A stretch of 64,000 nucleotides of DNA from Lentisphaeria bacterium. GTDB lineage: Bacteria > Verrucomicrobiota > Lentisphaeria > JABSQK01 > JAWLHB01. Made by a program: the position numbers and the translations under genes. The notes under the pieces are model-generated. The model worked only from the letters and a program-made list of their open reading frames with translations. It ran no database searches and had not been told where the DNA came from. Below, piece after piece: positions 51,664-61,753 of this stretch (the first letter of the stretch is position 1; every line of letters begins with the position of its first letter). The stretch spans positions 1 to 64,000 of the forward strand of contig JAWLHB010000028.1 of NCBI GenBank assembly GCA_041690595.1, given 5' to 3'.

Positions 51664-52688
51664 ACCAGCTGCCGCCAGATCGTGAAGGTGGGCTTCACGC
51701 CGCGTGGAAGGCGCGCCAGGTCCATCGTCGTCAGCACCCGTCGACTCACCTCGCCATTGGCATAGGCGGCGACGATCTCCAGTGTGTAGATGCCCGACTC
51801 CGCAAAGGACATCTGCGCGGATATCCGCGCATAGAGATCGTCGAGTCCATCTCGAATGGGAATCCCCAGTTCGTACCACTCCCGTCGTGCCGTCAGGACC
51901 TTTTCCAACTCCTCCATGTCCAAACCCACCGTGCTTTGGATCATCTCCGGAGAAGAGGAAAAAAAGGAGGGCTTGCCGGGGAAAGAAGCGCCTTGAGGAG
52001 GGATCACGCGCAACAGATCCTCCGGCACTGGTCGTCCCACCATCGCCTGTTGCAGGGCCGGCGCCAGATAGTCAACATTGGGTAGCCAGTAAGCTTCCTC
52101 GGCAAAGAGCAACGGAGCGTTCCGCGGGAACCCTCTCAGCCCTCTTGCCTCGTAGTCTGCCTTCTCCATTCCATGCAACCGCACCAGATCATCGGCATCC
52201 ACGTAATCGTCGATAGCATCGATGAAGTACTCCGCCGCGCTCGCTTCCTCGTCCTCCGCCGGCGCCGTCAACCCCAGATCGCGCCGCAGCCGCTCGCCCG
52301 GCTGCCGACCCGCGATGTTCCAGCCGCGATTCGCATCCAGAATCCGGAACTGGATTTGTACGTCCTGCCCCAGCGGCAGCGTATACGGCTTGCCGTCTGC
52401 CGCCCAGATATTGACCTGAACCTCGTCGGCTTCCGTCAACATCGGCTGGCCAAGGTTGCGATTGCGCGGCCTGGCCGCCCGATCGCTGATAATCATCCAC
52501 TGCAGGTACGCCCGCGAAGACTCCGCGGCATAGCGTCCCTTCTGCCGCAGCACGTCCACCTTTGACGTTACCCGCGATGTGCTGGCAGCCACGATACACA
52601 TGGTGGCCACAAAGGTGAAGAGCGCCGTCATGCCGAGCACCACGATCAGCGCGATACCATCTTCCCGTCTTCGTCCGCTTCGCTTCAT
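51657..52688 (-). CDS. gspK: Type II secretion minor pseudopilin GspK
   Basis: G|IALIVVL, IDAIDDYVDADD...GME...Y, PRNAPL; last gene of the gsp run. Confidence 0.85.
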   Translation of the reverse strand: MKRSGRRREDGIALIVVLGMTALFTFVATMCIVAASTSRVTSKVDVLRQKGRYAAESSRAYLQWMIISDRAARPRNRNLGQPMLTEADEVQVNIWAADGKPYTLPLGQDVQIQFRILDANRGWNIAGRQPGERLRRDLGLTAPAEDEEASAAEYFIDAIDDYVDADDLVRLHGMEKADYEARGLRGFPRNAPLLFAEEAYWLPNVDYLAPALQQAMVGRPVPEDLLRVIPPQGASFPGKPSFFSSSPEMIQSTVGLDMEELEKVLTARREWYELGIPIRDGLDDLYARISAQMSFAESGIYTLEIVAAYANGEVSRRVLTTMDLARLPRGVKPTFTIWRQLVY

Positions 52689-53323
52689 CGTATCGGCTCC
52701 TGTTTCCAATCACCCCAGCGCTCGTAATAGCTGCTCCCGCCTGCCCGGCGCAGCCAATTGCGCACCGTTCCATCCTGCCAGCGCACACTCATGCTCAAGG
52801 CCAGCGGCGTATAGTTCAGGTCGACCCAATCCGTTTCGAAGACAATATCCTCCCCCGCGATGTCGCCATATCGGAAGAGCACCTCCTCGACACCGACCGC
52901 CAGCACGGAGCGTCGCAGCTTGTCGTCATCCAACTCCTCCGGAAAAGGTGGCCGTTCGCAGTAGTAGACCACCAGCAGATCATCCTCCTGCTGCAGGAAA
53001 CAGAAGCGCAATGCCCCGTCTTCGAGCTTGTTGAGCGGGTGCAGGTACGTCAGCAGGACGGCGCTCTCGGTGCCCTCGAACATCGGGTAAGGGGTGCCGG
53101 TATCGTCCTGCCACGTAAAGGGAACGATGTTGGGGAAGATCGATTCCACCGCCCGGTCGATCTGCTGAACCTCTTCAAAACGTCTCTGGTTGACATTGAG
53201 CCGGTCCCACCCCTGCATCACCGTGCTGGTCGCCATCACCACCACCAGGATGACCATCGTCAGCAGCAGCAAAGCCACCAGAACTTCCAGCAGCGTAAAA
53301 CGGTGTCGGACAGGCGAATTCAC
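52685..53323 (-). CDS. gspJ: Type II secretion minor pseudopilin (GspJ position)
   Basis: FTLLEVLVAL N-terminus; synteny. Confidence 0.75.
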   Translation of the reverse strand: MNSPVRHRFTLLEVLVALLLLTMVILVVVMATSTVMQGWDRLNVNQRRFEEVQQIDRAVESIFPNIVPFTWQDDTGTPYPMFEGTESAVLLTYLHPLNKLEDGALRFCFLQQEDDLLVVYYCERPPFPEELDDDKLRRSVLAVGVEEVLFRYGDIAGEDIVFETDWVDLNYTPLALSMSVRWQDGTVRNWLRRAGGSSYYERWGDWKQEPIR

Positions 53324-53727
53324 AGATCCTCCTCCCGCACCAGTTTGTATACCGTCATCTGGTCCACAAAGTCGCCGTTGTCACGAATCAGGCTCATGTC
53401 GTACGCCACCAGCAACCAGCCTTGCCTGGCCGGCTGAGCGAACTCCGGAAGCTCATCGTCGATCCGGCGCAGCTCGCACGTCGCCATATACCCCTCGGGG
53501 ACGATACCCTCCGGCATCGACAGATCCTTCGGATTCGCCAGCAGGTAATATTCTCCCGCTTGCGTCATCGCATGCTGATCCAGCCATTGTTGGCGCGCAC
53601 GGATCAGCTCATGCTGGGACTGCGAAATCATCAATAGCGTGGTGCTCAGCGCCATGGCCAGCACCGCAATGGCCACCAGCAACTCCAACAGCGAAAACTG
53701 GGTCTGCATGGATACTGGGCGCTTCAT
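53320..53727 (-). CDS. gspI: Type II secretion minor pseudopilin (GspI position)
   Basis: FSLLELLVAIAVL; 135 aa; synteny. Confidence 0.75.
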   Translation of the reverse strand: MKRPVSMQTQFSLLELLVAIAVLAMALSTTLLMISQSQHELIRARQQWLDQHAMTQAGEYYLLANPKDLSMPEGIVPEGYMATCELRRIDDELPEFAQPARQGWLLVAYDMSLIRDNGDFVDQMTVYKLVREEDL

Positions 53728-54266
53728 TCCTGCTCGCGGATAATGGGTTTGCCCGTCAAGCGATCGACGTCAATCGTGAACCAGCGGCGGCCGATCGTAA
53801 TCGGCAGTCGTGGCCCAGTCGCCTCCCCACTGGGATAAAAGACAAAGCTCAGCTCCCGCGCGTCCAGCGGCGGGTCGATCTCTTCCAGATTCAGCAGCAC
53901 CGTCGGATCGAGCCGATAGAGCTGCGTGCCGCGAAAGAGCGAACCCACCGGTTTCTCCAACTCCACGGCACTCGCCGGCTGCTGATCGAATGCCGAGCTT
54001 TCACCTTCCGGTTCTGGGCGCAGCTCGTTGTTCCCAAAGTCGAAGTAGAGTCGCACCGGCTGTCCCGTGGCGCGAGCCTGGGTCGAGGCCGCCGCGCAAG
54101 CGTTGCGCAACGTGCTGAAGGTAGAGGCGACCCGCAGGCCGAGCGGAGTCGCCCCGATTCGCGGCATGACGACCGCAAGGACCAGGCCAAGGATCAGCAG
54201 GACAACCATGATCTCGATCAGGCTGAAGCGATGCCTGGCCGGATGTGGGCTCACGATGCGGTACAT
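53724..54266 (-). CDS. gspH: Type II secretion minor pseudopilin GspH
   Basis: FSLIEIMVVL, FVFYPSGEATG, VDRLTG. Confidence 0.8.
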   Translation of the reverse strand: MYRIVSPHPARHRFSLIEIMVVLLILGLVLAVVMPRIGATPLGLRVASTFSTLRNACAAASTQARATGQPVRLYFDFGNNELRPEPEGESSAFDQQPASAVELEKPVGSLFRGTQLYRLDPTVLLNLEEIDPPLDARELSFVFYPSGEATGPRLPITIGRRWFTIDVDRLTGKPIIREQE

Positions 54267-54305
54267 GGGCCTCCTTCCGGCGGTGTGTTGGCATCCAGCC
54301 GCGGA

Positions 54306-54752
54306 TCAGTCGCCGTTGGACAGATAGTGATGGATGTCCGCATTGAGGCCGTCGCCACCCGGCGAACCATCCTTGCCATAACTGTACAGTTCATAGTCGC
54401 GCCCGTCGGAGCCTGGAGTTTGAAAAACGAAGTCATTGTCCCAGCCATCCTTCGGCAGTACGCCATCCTGAACATAGGGGCCGCCCCACTTGTTCCCGGC
54501 ACCCGGATTCTGGACCAGATCGCGAAGCTGCTGTGGGTACTTCTGCACATCGATGTAATAGGAATCCACGCATTGCCGCAGTAGCCTCAACTGGTTCTGA
54601 GTCGTCTTTACCTTCGCTTTCTCCAAGTGCGAAATCACCCCAAGCCCTGCCAGCCCAAGCACCATGCCGATGATCAGCATGACCACCAGAATTTCAATCA
54701 GGGTGAAAGCCGACCGCTTCAGCTCCACATGTCGTCGAGTATTCATGTGCAT
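54306..54752 (-). CDS. gspG: Type II secretion major pseudopilin GspG
   Basis: FTLIEILVV, WGGPY, PKDGW, LYSYGKDG..GGDGLNADI. Confidence 0.93.
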   Translation of the reverse strand: MHMNTRRHVELKRSAFTLIEILVVMLIIGMVLGLAGLGVISHLEKAKVKTTQNQLRLLRQCVDSYYIDVQKYPQQLRDLVQNPGAGNKWGGPYVQDGVLPKDGWDNDFVFQTPGSDGRDYELYSYGKDGSPGGDGLNADIHHYLSNGD

Positions 54753-54776
54753 TCAGCACCTCCTTGATAGGTTGGA

Positions 54777-55982
54777 TCAGACACTGCCCTGAAACTGCAT
54801 GATCAGCAGGAAGAGCGAGAGAACAATAAGGCCGACGACCGCGCCCATGGCGATGATCACCAGCGGTTCAAACCACGACAGCGCCTTCTTGACGATCTGG
54901 CGCAGATCATTGTCGTAACGATCGGCGACTCGCTCCAGCATGACATCCGTCTCCCCCGTCTCCTCGCCGACCGCGAGCATGCGGATCACCAGCGGGGGGA
55001 TATAGGGGCTGCGACCAAGCGCGGCAGACAGCCGTTCGCCGCGACGCAGATCCATCGCCAGCGTGCTGATCGAGTTGCGCAGCATCGTGTTCTGCAACGT
55101 CCCCGCGGCAATCGATACCGTGTCCAGCAGGTGAACCCCGCTGCGCATCAGGATGGACATCGTCCGCACCTGGCGGCCGATATTCGACAGTATGACGATG
55201 CGCTGAAAGAGCGGTAGCCGCAACAGCAGCCGGTCCAGCGCCTCGCGCGTTGACTCCTTTCGCAGCATGTAGATCAGCCCCCCGAGACCCGCGGTCAGCC
55301 CAAGAAGCCCCACCCACCAGTAGTCGTTGACCAGGAAAGATGCCGTAAAAAGCCCCCGCGAAAAAAGATTGGGTTCCACCCCCAGCGATTGTTGGATACG
55401 CTCGAACTTCGGCACGACCACCCCGAGCAGCACCAGAATCACCACCAGCGAAAACGACAGCACGAAGCATGGATAGACCATCGAGGAGATGATGAAGCTT
55501 CGCATCTCGCGCGTCATGATCAGGTACTGGCGAAGCTGCGAAAGCACCTGCGGCAGCGCTCCCGATTCCTCCCCGGCCTCCACCACACTTGCGTACATGC
55601 GCGGGAACATCCGCCCGCGATCGCGTATCAACTGCGACAGTTTCCTCCCCTCGTGCAGACCGCCGCGCAAGCTGCTGATCAACTCCCGTTCGGTGGCTGT
55701 CTCGCTCGTCTCTTCAAGTATGCCCAGCGCCCGCTCCAGCGGGATGTTCGCGTCAAGCAGCGGAACCAGGCGGTCCGTGAAGTCCACCACGTCAAAGCGA
55801 TTCGCCGGGTTCAAACTCAGCTTGCCGCCACCTGCTCCCGCATCGCCGGCACCAAGGAACTCCACCGGAATGAGCTGGCGGCTGCGCACTCGGCGCGTCG
55901 CCTCATTCTGGTCGTTACCCTCTACCAGGATTTCCTGGATTCCGCCGCCGCGGTCAGCTACTTTGAACTTGAACAAAGGCAT
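54777..55982 (-). CDS. gspF: Type II secretion inner-membrane platform protein F
   Basis: AGEESGALPQVL, MVYP, VGEETGE, EPLVII. Confidence 0.92.
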   Translation of the reverse strand: MPLFKFKVADRGGGIQEILVEGNDQNEATRRVRSRQLIPVEFLGAGDAGAGGGKLSLNPANRFDVVDFTDRLVPLLDANIPLERALGILEETSETATERELISSLRGGLHEGRKLSQLIRDRGRMFPRMYASVVEAGEESGALPQVLSQLRQYLIMTREMRSFIISSMVYPCFVLSFSLVVILVLLGVVVPKFERIQQSLGVEPNLFSRGLFTASFLVNDYWWVGLLGLTAGLGGLIYMLRKESTREALDRLLLRLPLFQRIVILSNIGRQVRTMSILMRSGVHLLDTVSIAAGTLQNTMLRNSISTLAMDLRRGERLSAALGRSPYIPPLVIRMLAVGEETGETDVMLERVADRYDNDLRQIVKKALSWFEPLVIIAMGAVVGLIVLSLFLLIMQFQGSV

Positions 55983-56096
55983 GGATGAAAGTGAGAACTA
56001 CTCGTTGCCTGTGATGAATGGATAGTGTCATACAGTAGATGCCCGATGAAACTTGTCCATCGCCCGCGTATGATCCCCGACGAGAGCGTCAGTCTC

Positions 56097-59000
56097 TCAA
56101 CGGCCCGGCTTGTCTGCCGCGTCGTCCTGCGCTGGTTGCCATCCCAAGTTGACCAGCAGCAGTTCAACCTCTTCGACCGCTGCTACGACCGACAAGTTCC
56201 GTCCGTTGAAGGACAAGGTGTACGGGTGATTATACGTCGCGCTCAGAGTTCCCGTGCCGTAGAGTCGCGCCAACTGATCGTCGGTGCGGATTTGCCCGCT
56301 CAGCTGCGGCGCTACGTCCGTCACATGAACGCCCCCGATCCAGACGCCGCGCACCACACTCCCATTGAGGCGATACAGCGTTGCACTCTCCTGCTCGGCA
56401 TCGCTGGAGAGGATGTCAAGGACATGATGACGGCTGTTGCCGGTTGTCAGCATGTAGGACTGCACCTGCCGCTGGCTCCAGCTTGTCCGGTCGAAGACTT
56501 TCTGACCATTCTGCTGCCACAGCGACAGAAGGATGACCTCGTTTGACTGTGGGCCGACAAACATGTATCCGCTCCGACTGAAGCTCTCGTTGCCGGGATC
56601 GCTGTACTCGTTCAAGGTCATGGCGCTGCTGTACATCAGAACTGGAGCGGATTCGGTCGCAGCGGCGGCTGGAGGCGGCGCCGCCGGCGCCAGACTCAGC
56701 GGCGTGAAGCCCATGCCGGCTACCGCCAGCGCATACTCGTCGACCACCGCATCGTGAGATTTTTCCGCCTCATTGACGAGCCGCGTATCGGCAAGCAACA
56801 GCCTGGCCGTCAATGTCGATATCCCGATCTGGCTACCTTGCGCGCTGCTCAGGTAATCGGTCCCAGTGAACTGTGGGGGCGCATCTTCCAGCGTCGATCC
56901 GCCAATATCCAGATTCCGCTGCACTTGCCCCAGCAATTGCTGCGTCTCGACTTCCAGCAACGCGTCCGCGGAGCTGCTGGTGGTCAGCATGGTGAGCCCC
57001 TCATAAGCCTGCGAGCCGACATCAAAGCGATAGGTGATTGCCCGCTCCCCGCTGAGCGTCTGCACCTGATAGACACGCTGCCGGCTCGATCCATCCACCC
57101 AGCCGAGCACCGCGCTCATCAACTGATTGGCACGATCGATCAGCAGGTAGCCGCTACGATTGATGCTCTCCGTGCTGGTTCCATACCGAGCACCGCGGAC
57201 ACTCACCGAATAGATCAGGTGCTTGGCCAACGCCTTCAGGTCCAGAGTCGCCTCGCGCTGGGTGTCACCCGCACCATTGGTCACGTTGGTGAAGCTCAGC
57301 GCGCCCGCATGGTCGCCTGCCTCCAGGCCGGAGATGTCACCGATGGCCAGCTCCACCTCGACCGATTCACCACCGGCGATCATGAAGGTCGCCATGGGGG
57401 GTTGCTGGCTTGCCGTCAGCCACGGCCGATTGACCGACACCGTCAGCTCGAGTGTCTGATCGCCGCTGTTGGTACACGTGTAGCTCTTGGATACTGGCAC
57501 CGGCCTTCCCCCGACCATGCCGCGAGCCTGCAGATTCTCGGGCGGAAAGACTGTCAGGTTGGCAGGCCGCATAATGCGCAGTGAGACCAGCCGATAGGTG
57601 CTGCCACGATTGTTGGTGCCGTTCGTCAGCGTGATGCGGCCTGTATGGACGCCGGCCGGGAGACTGGCGACCTGCCCCGTCAGCGTTGCCGTCACCACTT
57701 GCCCTGCGTTCGGATCCAGCGTCCCCTGATACGCTGACAGACTTAGCCATGGCACATCCACCGTGGCCATCCACAGCAGCGAGAGGTCGCCCGCATTGCT
57801 CACGGAGTAGGTGGCGGTTGTTGGTGTGAACGGTCCACCCACCAGACCTTCCGTGCTGAAGCTGGTCGTGGGGGTCACATTCAACGTTGGTGGCACCACC
57901 ACGATCACGCTGATAAAACGAGAGGTCGTGCCAAGTCCCGTACTGAGGTTGCTGAACCGCAGTGCTGCCACATGATCACCACGCGGCAGATTATTGGCCA
58001 GTGAATTCAGGCTGACGATGATTTCCGTGCTGTCTCCAGCAGCCAACTGCCCCTGAGAACGCGACAGAAACACCCAGGGTACATTGGCGTCCACCGACCA
58101 AAGAATCGGCGAGGTGCCATTGTTGTAGATGGTATAAGCTGCCGTCGACGGTTCAAATGGCCCTCCAGCATTCCCCATGCTCGAAAGGCCACCCAGCGGG
58201 CTGATTGTCATCACGCCGCTCTCGACTATCTGCAGATTCGCGTTGATCTGCAGATTCCCACGGCCGTTCGTCACATTCACGACATTGAGCTTGCCATTGT
58301 AGATGCCCGTGTCGAGCGTGTTCGCCGCAATGTTGACTGTGAGCGTACGGCTGCCGCCAGCTGGTATATGAAAGCTGGAGGCCGGCAGCGACAGCCATGG
58401 CTGCGTTCCCGCCGCGGAAACGTCGATCGGTGAATTGCCCGGATTGAGTAGCGTATAGGTGTAGCTGGCCGGTTGAACCTGTCCTCCCACCGCGCCGCTT
58501 GATTCGATTGGCGTGGCCGGCGATATCTGCAATCTTCCGCCTTCGAAAGGAGTGACGGTCAGATAGACGCGCCGGTGCAGGGTGGCCGTTTCCTGGGAAT
58601 CCGTGGCCACCAAGGTGAACTCTCCCGTGTAGTCGCCGGTTGGAAGTGCGCTACCCGCGGCATTGACGGAAAGCTCCAGCAGGATGCTCTCATGCGGCCC
58701 AAGCTGCCCACCTTCGATTGCCAGCGTCAACCATGGAACCGCGCTCGCCGTGCTCCAGGTGACGGTGTCGGCGGTCGTATTGCGCAGCGTAAGGAATTCG
58801 GGCGCCGGGTAGGTGAGGGCGCGGTAGGCATCGATGCGACCGCTGGTCTGCGTCTTCCCGAGCAGGCTGGGCAGGGGCGTCACCGTGCCCAGCAACCGGT
58901 TGATCAGCTGCGAATAGCTCAGCTCCGGGAAGTGAACCTTCAGTAACACCAGAGCGCCCGTCACATGCGGCGCCGCCATGGATGTGCCGTCGAGTTGGCT

Positions 59001-60443
59001 GTACCTGTTGCTCGGAAAGGTGCTCAGTATTCCCACTCCAGGAGCACCGACATGGACCCGCGAGGGACCATGATTCGAAAAGCTGGCCAGCCCGTCCCGA
59101 TCATTGGTGGCGGCGACCACAACCATGTTGTCGTACAGATTGGAATAGGAGGCGGGATAGTCGAGCGCGAAATCGAGATTGGCGGAACCATTGCCGGCCG
59201 CCACCACCGTGATGACACCCGCGTCGCGAGCACCCTGCATCGCATCCCGCAACGCCTGCGAGTTCTGCCCGCCCCCCCACGAATTATTGGTGATGTCGCA
59301 GCCGATGCTCGTCGCATACTCGATCGCCAACGCCGCGTCCGATGTCATGCCACTACCGTTGCTCGAGAGAAACTTGATGGCCACCAGGCTGACCTGGTGA
59401 GCCACCCCCACGACTCCCATCTGATTATTGGCTGCCGCACCGATCGTCCCCGCTACGTGGGTGCCATGGCGGTGATCATCCATCGGGTTGCTCGTCTTGT
59501 AGGCGAAATTGTAGCCGTGAACATCGTCGATATAGCCATTGCCGTCGTCGTCGATCCCGTTCCCCGGTATCTCACCGGGATTGGTCCAGATGTTTGCCGC
59601 CAGATCCGGGTGTGAGAAATCAATGCCGGTGTCGATCACGCCCACAAGAATGTTGCGGCTGCCAGTGGTGACCTGCCAGGCTTCCGGCGCATTGATATCG
59701 GCGTTGGTCGTCCCCCCCGTCTGCCCAATGTTGTTGAGCCCCCAAAGCTCGTCATACAGCGTGTCATTCACCGACTCCACCGTGATCAGGTAATCCGGCT
59801 CCGCATAGACAAAGAGGGCCGGCGTGGCCCCCAGCGCCGCAAGCGCCCGCGGCACCGCCTCGACGCTGCTCTCCAGCAGGTGAGCCCGGAAAAGCCCACC
59901 GGAACCCACAGCTTCCAGCCGTTCAACGCCCGCGGCCCGCGTCAAGGCCAATGCAGTGGCCGCCGTGACTCCCGGCCTCAGCCGCACCAGTACGTGCTCT
60001 CCCGCCATGGCCTGCACCACCCGCGCTTGCAGATGCCCATGATCCACCTCTATCCGCAGGAGCCCATGGCGCCCCTCATTCTGCACCAGGCGCACCTCTC
60101 TCAACATCCCCGTCTGCCGGCTCCGAACCATCTTCGACGGCTCCAGAAGCTCTCGGTCCAGCCGGCTCGGGGATCTCATCAAGCTCGTCGCGGAAGCAGT
60201 CTTCGTGCTTGCGGTGGATGAGGAAACAAGCGCCGGCGCCGATTGCAGGCTGTCGCGCACAACCCCGTAGCGCCCTTCAAACGGACCTTCCTCCGGCCCG
60301 ACAAAGCGGGTCGGCAAGTCCGGCAGGATCTCGAGCTGCGCCACCGCCATGGTGCAGCATACGCTCCAAACAAAGAAGGTCCACAACACCTTTACCGCCC
60401 GCGGAAAGCGGCAGAACCGGTCGGCGAAACGAAGTGCTGGCAT
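56097..60443 (-). CDS. Secreted S8 (subtilisin-like) serine peptidase with BACON/Ig-like repeats and a duplicated C-terminal domain
   Basis: Triad VGVIDTGID, HGTHVAGTI, GTSMAAPHV; NGIDDDGNGYIDD insert; five W...PWL-type repeats of about 105 aa. Confidence 0.93.
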   Translation of the reverse strand: MPALRFADRFCRFPRAVKVLWTFFVWSVCCTMAVAQLEILPDLPTRFVGPEEGPFEGRYGVVRDSLQSAPALVSSSTASTKTASATSLMRSPSRLDRELLEPSKMVRSRQTGMLREVRLVQNEGRHGLLRIEVDHGHLQARVVQAMAGEHVLVRLRPGVTAATALALTRAAGVERLEAVGSGGLFRAHLLESSVEAVPRALAALGATPALFVYAEPDYLITVESVNDTLYDELWGLNNIGQTGGTTNADINAPEAWQVTTGSRNILVGVIDTGIDFSHPDLAANIWTNPGEIPGNGIDDDGNGYIDDVHGYNFAYKTSNPMDDHRHGTHVAGTIGAAANNQMGVVGVAHQVSLVAIKFLSSNGSGMTSDAALAIEYATSIGCDITNNSWGGGQNSQALRDAMQGARDAGVITVVAAGNGSANLDFALDYPASYSNLYDNMVVVAATNDRDGLASFSNHGPSRVHVGAPGVGILSTFPSNRYSQLDGTSMAAPHVTGALVLLKVHFPELSYSQLINRLLGTVTPLPSLLGKTQTSGRIDAYRALTYPAPEFLTLRNTTADTVTWSTASAVPWLTLAIEGGQLGPHESILLELSVNAAGSALPTGDYTGEFTLVATDSQETATLHRRVYLTVTPFEGGRLQISPATPIESSGAVGGQVQPASYTYTLLNPGNSPIDVSAAGTQPWLSLPASSFHIPAGGSRTLTVNIAANTLDTGIYNGKLNVVNVTNGRGNLQINANLQIVESGVMTISPLGGLSSMGNAGGPFEPSTAAYTIYNNGTSPILWSVDANVPWVFLSRSQGQLAAGDSTEIIVSLNSLANNLPRGDHVAALRFSNLSTGLGTTSRFISVIVVVPPTLNVTPTTSFSTEGLVGGPFTPTTATYSVSNAGDLSLLWMATVDVPWLSLSAYQGTLDPNAGQVVTATLTGQVASLPAGVHTGRITLTNGTNNRGSTYRLVSLRIMRPANLTVFPPENLQARGMVGGRPVPVSKSYTCTNSGDQTLELTVSVNRPWLTASQQPPMATFMIAGGESVEVELAIGDISGLEAGDHAGALSFTNVTNGAGDTQREATLDLKALAKHLIYSVSVRGARYGTSTESINRSGYLLIDRANQLMSAVLGWVDGSSRQRVYQVQTLSGERAITYRFDVGSQAYEGLTMLTTSSSADALLEVETQQLLGQVQRNLDIGGSTLEDAPPQFTGTDYLSSAQGSQIGISTLTARLLLADTRLVNEAEKSHDAVVDEYALAVAGMGFTPLSLAPAAPPPAAAATESAPVLMYSSAMTLNEYSDPGNESFSRSGYMFVGPQSNEVILLSLWQQNGQKVFDRTSWSQRQVQSYMLTTGNSRHHVLDILSSDAEQESATLYRLNGSVVRGVWIGGVHVTDVAPQLSGQIRTDDQLARLYGTGTLSATYNHPYTLSFNGRNLSVVAAVEEVELLLVNLGWQPAQDDAADKPGR

Positions 60444-60611
60444 GGCAGATCTCGAGGTGAATTCAATCGTTTCGATCGGGCGCGCGCGAGCCCATCCTAT
60501 CCACGGAGGTGACGCATACCATACCCCGTCACCTCCGTCCGGTCAATCTTTGGCCACGACAGGTTTACTAAATCGCTGCTAAATGCACCCGATGTCACGA
60601 GCCGTGCAGGA

Positions 60612-61658
60612 CTACGCGTCGAGTGCGGCCTTGACGTGCGCCCTCTGCTCCGGGCTCAGTACCAACTTCCCGGCCGCGGCATTCGATTCGAGCTGCTCGA
60701 GAGTCGAAGCGCCAGGTATGAGCGGTCCCATGCCGGGCAGTGTCAGCGTATAGGCCAAGGCCAACTGGCTGACGGGCAACTCCCATTTCCTGGCCAGCTT
60801 GGCCAGGCGCTGCAGCTTGTCCGTGACACCTTCACTCATGGCTTCCAGAATGCCTTCGTCGACCAGCCGGTCGCCTTTGCCCGCTTTGCCGCCAAGGTAC
60901 CGGTCCGTCAGTAATCCACGTGCCAGCGGTCCATAGGGTATGAGAGAGATTCCCTTGCGATGGCAGAAGTCCAAAACCCCGCAACTCCCTTCCTTCTCGC
61001 CGTGCAGGATGTCGAAGTTGTTCTGCACCGCCACGATCCGGCATCGAATCGACAGCGAGCGCTCCGCCGCGCGATAGAGCGTCAAGTGATCCACGCTGAA
61101 ATTCGATACGCCAAAGTACCGCACAAGATCCTGACGCACCAGATCTTCGACCGCGCCAAGACTCTCCTCCACAGGGGTGAATGGCTCGTAGGAATGAAAA
61201 TAGAGCAGGTCCACATGATCGCACCGCAACCGGTCAAGGGACGCATAGACGGAGTCGAGGATATTGCCCCGCGACAGCCGGCTGTGATTGGGTGACGTAC
61301 CGTCCATGCCGCCGAACGCCTTTGTCGCCAGCACGATGTTGCGACGCTGCTCGGCATTACGCTCGAACCAATTGCCGATGAGCCGCTCCGAATTTCCCGA
61401 AGCGTCATTGTAGCGGTTGGCCGTATCCCAGAAGGTGACGCCCAACTCCAGTGCCTTGTCGAAGATGGCGTAGGCCGTTGCTTCGTTTACCCGCGCGCCG
61501 TCGCCAGTCTCAGGAAAGCCGAATTTCCAAGTACCCAAGCCGATATTGGAGGCGCGCAACCCCGACTGTCCCAGTAACTGGTATGGCATGCCATTAAACG
61601 TATCCGTGGTAAACGGCACGTTGTACAGGCGCGGATTGGGCGTGGTGGGGTCGGTCAT
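60612..61658 (-). CDS. Aldo/keto reductase
   Basis: LGQSGLRAS.IGLGT, DTANRY, SLDRL..DHVDL, GVSNF, YGPLARGLLT. Confidence 0.93.
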   Translation of the reverse strand: MTDPTTPNPRLYNVPFTTDTFNGMPYQLLGQSGLRASNIGLGTWKFGFPETGDGARVNEATAYAIFDKALELGVTFWDTANRYNDASGNSERLIGNWFERNAEQRRNIVLATKAFGGMDGTSPNHSRLSRGNILDSVYASLDRLRCDHVDLLYFHSYEPFTPVEESLGAVEDLVRQDLVRYFGVSNFSVDHLTLYRAAERSLSIRCRIVAVQNNFDILHGEKEGSCGVLDFCHRKGISLIPYGPLARGLLTDRYLGGKAGKGDRLVDEGILEAMSEGVTDKLQRLAKLARKWELPVSQLALAYTLTLPGMGPLIPGASTLEQLESNAAAGKLVLSPEQRAHVKAALDA

Positions 61659-61753
61659 CTCTGGATCTCCTTGGTGGCAGTCGGTCGTCGACGGAAGCAC
61701 ATACACCTCTAAAGTAGGCAAAAAGCTTCCCCAGTACAATCCGGCAGCTCTTG

